This document shows positions 55,481-64,000 of a stretch of 64,000 bases of DNA, one piece after another; position 1 is the first letter of the stretch, and the number at the start of each line of letters is the position of its first letter. The DNA is taken from assembly GCA_001781415.1 (NCBI GenBank), contig MFLT01000012.1, forward strand, positions 6,485 to 70,484. Reading direction: 5' to 3'. The translations under genes and the position numbers were made by a program. The DNA comes from Candidatus Kaiserbacteria bacterium RIFCSPLOWO2_01_FULL_45_25 (lineage in GTDB: Bacteria; Patescibacteriota; Minisyncoccia; Phycocordibacterales; UBA918). The notes under the pieces were generated by a model. That model did not search any database. It had not been told where the DNA came from and was given only the letters and a program-made list of their open reading frames with translations.

Positions 55481-57115
55481 TTATTCACGCTTCGCATCAT
55501 CTCCAACGTAGACGGTCAAAGTTTTATCACTAACGTCGTTTGTTTCGTACGTTGAAATAGGAGCATTATTTAAGACTGAACTGAGACGAAGAGCTTCGGT
55601 CTCTTCTCCAGCCTTATAGATAACAACCGTACGTTTTTGTGGACTAGTGGTTTCTGACTTTAAGGTGGTTACCTTATAACCAAGAGCTTCAAGTTTGAGT
55701 CTCACCTCAGCTCCAAGACCAGGTACACCACTCCGATTAATGACCGCCACCGGTGGCAGGTGTTCACTGACAGTGAACTGACTTAGCTTGCGCTCGTTAC
55801 GGAGCTGATTATAAATAATCTCTTCCGATGTCAAAGTCACATTACTATCAGCATTTTCATACACCACTTCGTAATTACGTTGATTAGTGGTAGCGCTTCC
55901 GACATACCAGGCAATAAAACCAATAAATATTCCTATCACTAGAATACCAATAAAGAATAGTTGGTACTTTTTAATAAACACCAGAATTTGACGCAAATAA
56001 CCCAGGGCATCTTTGGCTGTTGCCAAGTGAAGTTTTAAATCAACATAACCTCTGGTCACAGGCGTATGAAGCTTAACCGCTTTTTGGGCACGGAATTTTT
56101 CTACCACCAAGCCGTTCTTTTTGGCTGCCTGATATTCTTCTACATTAATACCCGCCATCACCAGCATGTGTCGTACATATAGACGAACAAACCAACTAAT
56201 TAGTGCCCCGAAGAGTACTAATCCGAGCAAAATACCAAATAATAATTTGAATGGAATCACCCAAAACTCGGTTTGCATGGAAGCGAATTGCCGCGATTCA
56301 CTACCATAAGCTAAAGTGGCTACTGCGGTGTAGCGGCCAATATCAGCCATTGACCATTCTCCTTTCCAAGAAAAAGTAAATTTACGAATACTCTCGGGCA
56401 AAACGTTACCAAACTGTGAAGCTTGATTAATTGGGATTAAACCACGCTCTTCACCCCACATGTTGGTGATTTTAATTTCTCCCTGTGGTTGCAGGTGAAC
56501 ATTACCTTTGTTTTCAAAACGAAGATCAAAAGTTACTTCTGGAGATCCGAGGAAACGATCAGTGGTGGTAAATTCACGAATGGTACCTTCTTCAATAATG
56601 TCTCCAGCTACCCTAGCAAAGAAAAGTGAAGTGACCATCTGTGAAGTTTGAACCTTCGCTTGTCCAGCTTCAGGAGTTGGCGGTTTGGTGCCAACAAGAA
56701 TTGCTGCGAAGTGTCCACCTGGACTAGCATCAAATGGTACACGAACTGAAAAAGGAATTTCTAGTGATTGTTCACGTGGGACTATGATGGCACCACGTTC
56801 GATTGTGAACCACTCGGCCAAAGTAACCCCTTCACCCTCACCTGGAGTAACCGGCATAAACCTACCTTCTCCACTCTCACCGCGGGGCACAAAGTTCACC
56901 ACATCAACATAAACAGTTAGGTCGTAATCGTTTACGTTAATAACCCGAAGATTACTACGCCACTCCTGTCCAGGATTTACGGACATATCAAAGAGTGACG
57001 GCGAGATGCTCAGTGTAAGCGACTCTTGAGCCTGAACCGCGTTTGCACCAAAGACAACAAAACCAAGGACTAGTACTCCAAAAAATTTAAGCCCCGCCCT
57101 TGAGATTGATGTCAT
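55481..57115 (-). CDS. DUF916/WxL-interacting-like Ig protein with TM segments and a LytR_C-like C-terminal domain
   Basis: LSISP, W+.I....I.V, VP.DASPGGHFAAI, FENKGNVH..P.G; VAVINRSGVPGLG...LTVYVGDD; start uncertain (57115/57127). Confidence 0.65.
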   Translation of the reverse strand: MTSISRAGLKFFGVLVLGFVVFGANAVQAQESLTLSISPSLFDMSVNPGQEWRSNLRVINVNDYDLTVYVDVVNFVPRGESGEGRFMPVTPGEGEGVTLAEWFTIERGAIIVPREQSLEIPFSVRVPFDASPGGHFAAILVGTKPPTPEAGQAKVQTSQMVTSLFFARVAGDIIEEGTIREFTTTDRFLGSPEVTFDLRFENKGNVHLQPQGEIKITNMWGEERGLIPINQASQFGNVLPESIRKFTFSWKGEWSMADIGRYTAVATLAYGSESRQFASMQTEFWVIPFKLLFGILLGLVLFGALISWFVRLYVRHMLVMAGINVEEYQAAKKNGLVVEKFRAQKAVKLHTPVTRGYVDLKLHLATAKDALGYLRQILVFIKKYQLFFIGILVIGIFIGFIAWYVGSATTNQRNYEVVYENADSNVTLTSEEIIYNQLRNERKLSQFTVSEHLPPVAVINRSGVPGLGAEVRLKLEALGYKVTTLKSETTSPQKRTVVIYKAGEETEALRLSSVLNNAPISTYETNDVSDKTLTVYVGDDAKRE

Positions 57116-58094
57116 GATCGTATTCATTGTGCTCACGTTTCTTACCGACAAACATTGGAACATCTTGTGGCTCTGCCTCTTCAACATAACTTGAACGTTT
57201 AAGATTTCGACGGAGCAAGATTACCAAAATGGTTAAAACTATGGCTAATAATACCATGATAATGACCAAATAGAACCAAGGTATTGAATAGTAAAAATTA
57301 GTGTCATAAAGAGCTGCCCGGTTTTGTACTCCGTATTCTAGTGACAAATAAGCCTTATTTTTACCTAACCGGTTCATAAAAGGTAGCGGTTTGGTATAAG
57401 TGACCTTCTCGCCAGGGGCGATAATAGTCTTTGACTCGTCCTCAAGAGAAACTGAGGTGAGCTCTCGGCCGCGAGAATCATAAATAATCACGTCGCCGGT
57501 CGGTTGAAGCGGCACATCACCAGTGTTTTCAAGAATATAAGTTATCTGGCCTTTGTCGGGCGAAATACTGAAGCGGTCGGTAGTAAATGACACCAGACGA
57601 AGAAACTCTTCTTGTTTAGAACCAACCACAATGCGAATCACAGCACCCATTCCCTGCCCCTCGAGCACCTTGGCTTGAGCAATATCACGATTTGATCCAG
57701 CAGCAAAGCCGACAAAAGCGTGGTAAGTACCAGGCGGTGCCTTTTGATTGACTCTAATTGTGAGTGGAACTTCGGTTGTTTCTCCCGCTGGTAATTCAAT
57801 TCGACCGCGGGTAATTTCAATCCAACTTGTAACAGCGGTGGTTCGCTCACTCATGGAAGCTGGTACAAAACTTTTTATTTCACTCTCGTCACCAACAGTA
57901 ATTTCGTTTACTGAGGCGTACAGCCTGACTGGCCGGCTGTCAAAGTTGGTTATGGTAAGAGTTTTGGTAAAAGTGTCGTGTGGCTCAGCCTCGATATCAA
58001 TAATCATTGGTGAAACTGAGTATTCAGCCTGTACCGAAGCAAACGGCAGAACCAGGAGGACAAAGATAAGCGCAAAGAAATTTTTTGAATTCAT
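57087..58094 (-). CDS. DUF916/WxL-interacting-like (PapD-like Ig) protein with a C-terminal TM
   Basis: SVSP.II, SWI.I....I.L, APPGTYHA, ENTGDV...P.G.V.I. Confidence 0.65.
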   Translation of the reverse strand: MNSKNFFALIFVLLVLPFASVQAEYSVSPMIIDIEAEPHDTFTKTLTITNFDSRPVRLYASVNEITVGDESEIKSFVPASMSERTTAVTSWIEITRGRIELPAGETTEVPLTIRVNQKAPPGTYHAFVGFAAGSNRDIAQAKVLEGQGMGAVIRIVVGSKQEEFLRLVSFTTDRFSISPDKGQITYILENTGDVPLQPTGDVIIYDSRGRELTSVSLEDESKTIIAPGEKVTYTKPLPFMNRLGKNKAYLSLEYGVQNRAALYDTNFYYSIPWFYLVIIMVLLAIVLTILVILLRRNLKRSSYVEEAEPQDVPMFVGKKREHNEYDHDINLKGGA

Positions 58095-58100
58095 AGGTAA

Positions 58101-61100
58101 CTAATACGATGGTACGGCTAAGTAAACAATTTCGGTTTCATATGATCCGGCTGGCTGAAGCTGATTAACCTTTATTCGATACACTATATCATGGGTATCA
58201 GAACTTGGAATTCCACTATACATCACCTCAACTGGAGTGGTTTCCAGTGCCGCATAAGTGTCTGTGGCCGCAAAGCGAGTAGAGCCATTTTTGAGAGTTG
58301 GATCAGTCACATGATAACCGAAGCAGCCAGTTGAAGTTGGAGCACAGGCGTCCGCCCAACTATCAGGAACCAAGTTAGTGGCCGCAATTGGCGGGATAAA
58401 TACCCCAGCCTGACTTTGAAGTTGCTGACGAGCAAACTTAAATAACTGATAGCCCTCAGTAGCATTACTTTCTACTGTGACACGATGAGCACCGATATAC
58501 TCAGTGCCGAGATTAAGAAAGCCAAACCCAATACCAGTTGGAGAAGACGGGACGTCGGTTATTACTCCTGCTGTTGAAGTGCCTGAGGGTAGCCCACTTA
58601 GGGAGAAGTTCAAATACGGCCCTTCAATCACGAGCGACGGAAATGTATTACTGTCGACATGATTTACCGGAGCGTCGTTTGACACATCATATAAGCGGAA
58701 ATAATACACGGCCTGCACTCGTGCTGCCACCTGTCTGATAGTGAAGCTGTGCTCCTTGGTGGTACTGGCATAATGAATGTCGCCAGTGGCGTACTCTCCT
58801 GATGAGTTGTGAACTCCACAACCAAATCCAGCCCCAGCCACACAGCTATCACTACCAGTAAGTACACTAGTGGTGATGGTTTGATTATCTGGAGAAGACC
58901 CTTCGGCGTAGCACCACAGTGATCCCTCCAAGCAGCTAGAAGTGGCCGTCACATCATAGGCGGTGGCGAAAGTTGGATCCTCTGAATATTGAAGTTTGAA
59001 TTTTATATTGTCACCCTGAACGTTTCGTCGCTCAGTCACGGCAATGCGGAGGGCCAATGTATCATTGTTGGCGATATTAGTTGGAGCCACCTCCTCAAGA
59101 GCCAGTGGCGTCACTGGTGTTTCATTGTTTATGTCACTATACCAACGCCAAACGGTAGTGGCTGGGGTGTAACCAGCGGTTCTAATTTGTGGGTAGTTGT
59201 TATATCCATCAAGCGGAGTACCGTCACTTTTTACGGCTCTAAAACAATAAGTTGATTGTGGGATGGCGCCGTTATGCTCCAGGTGCCAATCGTATTCAAT
59301 ATCATTTCCATCAAGAGTTGGGTACGGATTGGCTACTGTAGGATTTTGTTGAGCCAACGAACCAGAAATATCAGCTACCGAAATTAACAAATCTCCAGGA
59401 TTTGGGGGATTGGTAGACAATGATTGTCCATCGGTGGTAGTGGCTGAGGCAAAACCACGCCAGACTGTACCACTACTAATGGCTCCAACATCAAACCACG
59501 AACCACTATCTATAGCCGAACAAGTAGTAGCGCGCACTCCATATTGTAATTTAAAGTTAACAAACCCAGCGGGCATATTGGCGTTACTAGTTCTGACCGT
59601 CATTCTGATTCGTACCCGATCGCCAGTACCAAGTGGTTCGTCTGCAATGGTAATTGAGGTATTCTCTCCTAGACCAGCCAGATTTGGTGGCCAGGCTTCC
59701 GTTGGAGTTAGTTCACCATTATTGACATAAAAACGATAATAATTCTGACGAAGTGACAAATCAGCCACTGGCCATTCAATCAGTTCTACTCGATACGTCA
59801 TGTTGGTACCAGTGTTACTACGCCAAATTGTGTAAGTAGAGGTACTAGTGAGCCCAAAGCCCGCCAATGGTCTTGGGTAGGTAGTGTTGGCTCCAGCTGC
59901 TCTAGTATTGGCCATAATGGAGGTATTATTTACCGAAGCCACTGGCGTTGGTAAGTTTACAGTCAGAGTTAACGGCCCAGTTCCACCGTTAGTGGCACCA
60001 TTGGAGCGCTGCACATTCATTTCACCTAAACCACTCTGAATATTTTCGACTACCCAAGCTACGGAAGTTTGTTCAACTGCCACACTGGCGCCTGTTTCTA
60101 GTTGGAAAGAAATTGCCCCAATACTAGACAGCCATACTTCGTGACCAAAATGCACGACGTTGGTGGTAGCACCCATCCGTTTCTGAACATGCAAAAAAGT
60201 CCGAGCCAAGCTATTCACAGCGGTGATACTTTCGGTTTCAGTGACACCGGCAGCAGCGTAACTATGTTCTGCTCGTTGTATCTGCCAATTAGTACCCACA
60301 AATTCAACTACCGCATAACTAACATTAGCAATACTGGCACCAGAGGCACCACGTCTAAATACAGGCGACTGAGTCACACTGTCCCACTCGGATGTCACTA
60401 GACCAGCGTAAAAGTTTCGAGAAGCATTACGGTTTTCGACGCCAGTCACAAAGACCACCACGTCACTATCGTTAGTTATTCCAGTCACCGGTGTTCCAGT
60501 AGCAACAACAGTAGCTGTCGTATAAGAGACAGTACCAACCGAACGTACCCTTATCTCGTTGTCAGTATCTTGCTTTCCGATAAACTCAACAATCTCCCAC
60601 TCTACTCTGGTGTTTGAGGTGGCAGCTGGAGGCCTGGTAATGGTAAAGCTGGTAAGTAAATTCTCTGGATTTGATATGTAAGCAGTGACATCGTCAGCGT
60701 TTTGTCCGGCAGTGGCTGAGGTGTTACCCGCACCCGTCTGGTGTGAATTTGTGATGCGCACAAAAGCCAGGCTTGAACTGGCCGGAGCTACATAGTCTGT
60801 ACCAGCCACCAAAGTTGCACTGGTGCCTGAGACTTGGGTTATGCCGCGCTGAATTTTGAAGTCACGTTTGGGAGCAGTAGTTATTTCTGCATAGTTAGTG
60901 TACACAGACAACGGTGTACCATTAGCCGACACTCTAAAACAATAAGTTGTCCCGTATGAGGTAAATTCAGTCGAAGTTATACTGTATTCAAGTTCAACAT
61001 AGTCATTGGTAGGAATACTTGTGCTGGCTGATAGGGATTCAGTGTCACGCACGCCACCATTGGGAGTAATAAAGGTACCAGGTGAATTACTGACTCCTCC

Positions 61101-64000
61101 ACTACCTACAGCCAAGTTGGTGGTATCGCTACCATTAGTCAAAAAAGTAGAGTCAAACATATCCCAACCATCAAGTGATGAATCAACGTCTGTCCAAACT
61201 GTAGCGGTATCACAAGTAGTAATACGTGGTGCGTACTCTAGCCTAAATCTATTCTCAGGACCAGTTACACTTCCAGTGTTTGTAACCGCTAAGCGTAGAC
61301 GAATTGGCGACTCAAGACTAAAGTCAGACAGAAGGGTGTTTTCGGTGCCACCAGTGGCTGAAGTAGCTGCTGTTTCGTTCCCATTATCATTTCGCCAATG
61401 GTAGTTTGTTTGAGTAAGAATTGGACCAACCACCGTTGTCTCTCCAGAGATCATCACTTGACCAGATGGTCCAATACTAGCCCCACCACTAGCCGCCACG
61501 TCGGTGGCTGGAGAATTAATAGCTAGACTGATGGTATCACCGTTATTGGCGTCAGCCGAAACGTCATAGACCACATACAAACAAAGTGTGGCAGTGGTTG
61601 AACTTATGACTGAGTCTGTAAAAATCGCGCTGCCGGCAGTATCGGTAAACCCTCCAGTGACGGTACTACCATACTGACTTTCGGTACCAGCATAAGTCTC
61701 CGATGAGCAGTTATAAGGAGCACTGCTATCTAAATCATAATACAACCTAATATTATCCAGCCCAGCCACTTCATCAATTGTGCCAAGTTCAGTGACCGTA
61801 ACTGAAGTTATGTTACGTGATGAGGAGTTTTCAATAATGGCAAAACTACCGCCGGCATAAACATCACTAGCACCAACGGTGGCATTGGTAGTAAGAGTAC
61901 CCAGACTGGATACAGTAACATCCGAATTGATAGTAACAGTTGGGTAATTTGAATACACACTCAGAGGCTGACCCCCGCCAGTGATACGGAAACAATAGGT
62001 CAATCCCTCCTCGGCTGTACTTGAAGCCATAATAGAAAATTCTGCTTCAAAAAAGTCATTCTGATTAAGGGTCAGTGACGGTGTGGTGTTGTTACTGTCA
62101 CGCAGGGCTCCGTTAGTTGTTAGGTAGTTTGTACTTGGCAAATTTGTCAGTCCGCCGTTACCAACAGTTATGTCGGTAGTATCTGAGCCATCAGTAATAT
62201 TGGACGAGTCAGCCATTTGCCACACGGCACTCACATCACCCACTGTCGACCAAGTGACAATATCTGTACAACTTGGTGCCGCCACACCATACTCAAGACT
62301 ATAAGTAGTAGGTACGCTACTAGTTGAACCTTGATTGGCAATACCAAGACGGAGTCTAATTAATTCCTCTTTTTGTAATGACGTTAATGGAGTATTCTCG
62401 GTGCCACCAGTCGCTGAAGTGGCTCCACTTTCAGAACCATCATCATTACGCCAATGATAAGCAAATTGAGTAAGGCTGGAATCCACTACAGTGGTCGTAC
62501 CAGGAAGTAGCACTGCCGATGAAGGAAACACTTCCAGTCCTCCCGAAACGAGAATGTCGTTAACTGGATCAGCTACCAAAATTTCTATAGTGTCTCCGTC
62601 TTGGGCATTGCTATTGATATCAAACACTACATAAAAACACATTGTCTGAGTTGTATTGATTGAAACTGGTGACGCTGTAAACGAAGCCACACCATCAGCA
62701 CCAGAAAATCCACCTGAGACAGTACCGCCAAATTGTGAATCCCCTCCCGCATAACTTTCAGAACTACAATCGTAGGGAGAGGAAGTATCAAGATCATAAA
62801 ACAGACGCACATTACTGACCGAGCCCTGGGCATCTAGAGTTCCATTTTCTGAAATCACAATTGATGAGACGGTCTGAGCCGACTTGGCATCCAAACTAAA
62901 TGAACCGCCAATATACTGATCAGTCACAGAATTTCTTACTTGACTAACTTGAGTGCCAAGACCGGTGAGAATAATCTGCGGGCCAATGTCAGCTACTGTC
63001 TCTCCATACAAGTCCAAAGCTCCTGATGCGTTATACCAGGTTGTATACAGTCTTTCATAACCCATGAGGTTCATATCAACGCCGTACAAATCACCAGCAG
63101 TAGTTGTGAGTGGGCCAGCTTCAGCATCCCAGGTATTCATATTGTCAGTTGAACGTCTATAGTAAACTCGTCCGGTGGAAGCTGTAGCGAGGGTGTCACG
63201 AATGGAATAGGCAGCGTATATATCACCATTGTTAAGATCACGCCCTACAGCTACCTGATGTAGTCCGCGCCCAGCGATGTTGGTAAACACGTTTGCGGTA
63301 GCAGACCATGAACCAGCAGAAAATATAGCGGTGCGGATATCATGATCAGCAGTCACAAACTCATTGTTATCAGCAGCGTAAACCAAATAAATATCACCGC
63401 TAGCAATATCGACAGTTGCAGCCATACCTACGTCATAAGTGGCATTTCCAGCTGAGGCGGCGTCAATAGTATTAAAACCAGACCAAGAAGAACCATTCCA
63501 AGTACTGGAACGGATAACATGTGTGGTACTACGATTGATGAGCAAAACACTTCCACTTGGTAGTGGCATAAGCAAAGACCAACTGTTAGCGTTGCCTTGG
63601 GGGGCTGTACCAGTTGCAGACCAGTTACCACTAACGCCACAACTGGTGGAGCAGCGTCGGATATGAGTACCATTACTGTCGTCTATGTTTATATAAACAG
63701 TGCCGTCAGTTCCTTTAGTGATTGAGACAACGTTTGTGCCCGCTGCGTAGGTAGTGGCGACCCCGGGCATAGTACTGATACTAGTGGACACAAGTAATGT
63801 GTCGGTAGAAGTGTCAAGGTTATTGTAAAAAATCTCATCGTTACCAGTATCAAAAGTAGCAATGTGAATTATGGTACCAGTATCACCAGGAGTCCACTGG
63901 TCGTACCAAACCGATACTGCCACACAGTCAGTCTGACTATCGACCCGCACTCTTGCCCCCCAAGTATTTCCCCCATCTGTAGTCTTGCTATAAACACACA
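58101..64000 (-). CDS. Giant surface protein (>1960 aa, 5' end outside window): BNR/Asp-box propeller, repeated beta-sandwich modules, WxL-like C-terminus
   Basis: Frame open to the window edge (VYSKTTDGGNTWG); YRRSTDNMNTW; repeated Y.WRND.G.E...TYCFR modules; C-terminal V.SNA..GY...QPAGSYETEIVYLAVPSY. Confidence 0.8.
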   Translation of the reverse strand, partial: CVYSKTTDGGNTWGARVRVDSQTDCVAVSVWYDQWTPGDTGTIIHIATFDTGNDEIFYNNLDTSTDTLLVSTSISTMPGVATTYAAGTNVVSITKGTDGTVYINIDDSNGTHIRRCSTSCGVSGNWSATGTAPQGNANSWSLLMPLPSGSVLLINRSTTHVIRSSTWNGSSWSGFNTIDAASAGNATYDVGMAATVDIASGDIYLVYAADNNEFVTADHDIRTAIFSAGSWSATANVFTNIAGRGLHQVAVGRDLNNGDIYAAYSIRDTLATASTGRVYYRRSTDNMNTWDAEAGPLTTTAGDLYGVDMNLMGYERLYTTWYNASGALDLYGETVADIGPQIILTGLGTQVSQVRNSVTDQYIGGSFSLDAKSAQTVSSIVISENGTLDAQGSVSNVRLFYDLDTSSPYDCSSESYAGGDSQFGGTVSGGFSGADGVASFTASPVSINTTQTMCFYVVFDINSNAQDGDTIEILVADPVNDILVSGGLEVFPSSAVLLPGTTTVVDSSLTQFAYHWRNDDGSESGATSATGGTENTPLTSLQKEELIRLRLGIANQGSTSSVPTTYSLEYGVAAPSCTDIVTWSTVGDVSAVWQMADSSNITDGSDTTDITVGNGGLTNLPSTNYLTTNGALRDSNNTTPSLTLNQNDFFEAEFSIMASSTAEEGLTYCFRITGGGQPLSVYSNYPTVTINSDVTVSSLGTLTTNATVGASDVYAGGSFAIIENSSSRNITSVTVTELGTIDEVAGLDNIRLYYDLDSSAPYNCSSETYAGTESQYGSTVTGGFTDTAGSAIFTDSVISSTTATLCLYVVYDVSADANNGDTISLAINSPATDVAASGGASIGPSGQVMISGETTVVGPILTQTNYHWRNDNGNETAATSATGGTENTLLSDFSLESPIRLRLAVTNTGSVTGPENRFRLEYAPRITTCDTATVWTDVDSSLDGWDMFDSTFLTNGSDTTNLAVGSGGVSNSPGTFITPNGGVRDTESLSASTSIPTNDYVELEYSITSTEFTSYGTTYCFRVSANGTPLSVYTNYAEITTAPKRDFKIQRGITQVSGTSATLVAGTDYVAPASSSLAFVRITNSHQTGAGNTSATAGQNADDVTAYISNPENLLTSFTITRPPAATSNTRVEWEIVEFIGKQDTDNEIRVRSVGTVSYTTATVVATGTPVTGITNDSDVVVFVTGVENRNASRNFYAGLVTSEWDSVTQSPVFRRGASGASIANVSYAVVEFVGTNWQIQRAEHSYAAAGVTETESITAVNSLARTFLHVQKRMGATTNVVHFGHEVWLSSIGAISFQLETGASVAVEQTSVAWVVENIQSGLGEMNVQRSNGATNGGTGPLTLTVNLPTPVASVNNTSIMANTRAAGANTTYPRPLAGFGLTSTSTYTIWRSNTGTNMTYRVELIEWPVADLSLRQNYYRFYVNNGELTPTEAWPPNLAGLGENTSITIADEPLGTGDRVRIRMTVRTSNANMPAGFVNFKLQYGVRATTCSAIDSGSWFDVGAISSGTVWRGFASATTTDGQSLSTNPPNPGDLLISVADISGSLAQQNPTVANPYPTLDGNDIEYDWHLEHNGAIPQSTYCFRAVKSDGTPLDGYNNYPQIRTAGYTPATTVWRWYSDINNETPVTPLALEEVAPTNIANNDTLALRIAVTERRNVQGDNIKFKLQYSEDPTFATAYDVTATSSCLEGSLWCYAEGSSPDNQTITTSVLTGSDSCVAGAGFGCGVHNSSGEYATGDIHYASTTKEHSFTIRQVAARVQAVYYFRLYDVSNDAPVNHVDSNTFPSLVIEGPYLNFSLSGLPSGTSTAGVITDVPSSPTGIGFGFLNLGTEYIGAHRVTVESNATEGYQLFKFARQQLQSQAGVFIPPIAATNLVPDSWADACAPTSTGCFGYHVTDPTLKNGSTRFAATDTYAALETTPVEVMYSGIPSSDTHDIVYRIKVNQLQPAGSYETEIVYLAVPSY

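Noticed and set aside
1-64000. DGR template repeat or reverse transcriptase; alternative genetic code
   Set aside because: No AAC-rich copy of 37810-37945 and no RT motifs were seen by eye; conserved genes are full length in code 11 and TGA serves as a stop

Overview
This looks like a 64-kb chromosomal segment of a Patescibacteria/CPR bacterium (Parcubacteria-like; inferred from gene content, standard code 11). Almost all genes are on the minus strand. Core genes include two mltG paralogues, leuS with a Nudix insertion, ychF, a phosphomannomutase, ddl, uvrA/B/C, tgt, an FKBP, a CapA-family protein and an AI-2E transporter. There is also a membrane-anchored copper nitrite reductase (nirK) next to an FAD-linked oxidase, and two tRNA-Ala genes. 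Many small ORFan cassettes with their own promoter, SD and terminator sit between the core genes. The most unusual signals are: (1) arrays of structured units downstream of both tRNA-Ala genes whose ends copy each tRNA's own T-arm in inverted orientation; (2) a three-gene secreted operon sharing an Asn/Thr/Gly beta-repeat, a candidate amyloid or beta-solenoid fibre; (3) an orphan gene whose C-terminus looks like a DGR variable repeat; (4) a ~110-bp dispersed inverted repeat with a palindromic core; (5) several candidate structured RNAs; (6) a WxL/DUF916-like surface cluster with a giant adhesin. All calls were made by eye; no database searches were run.
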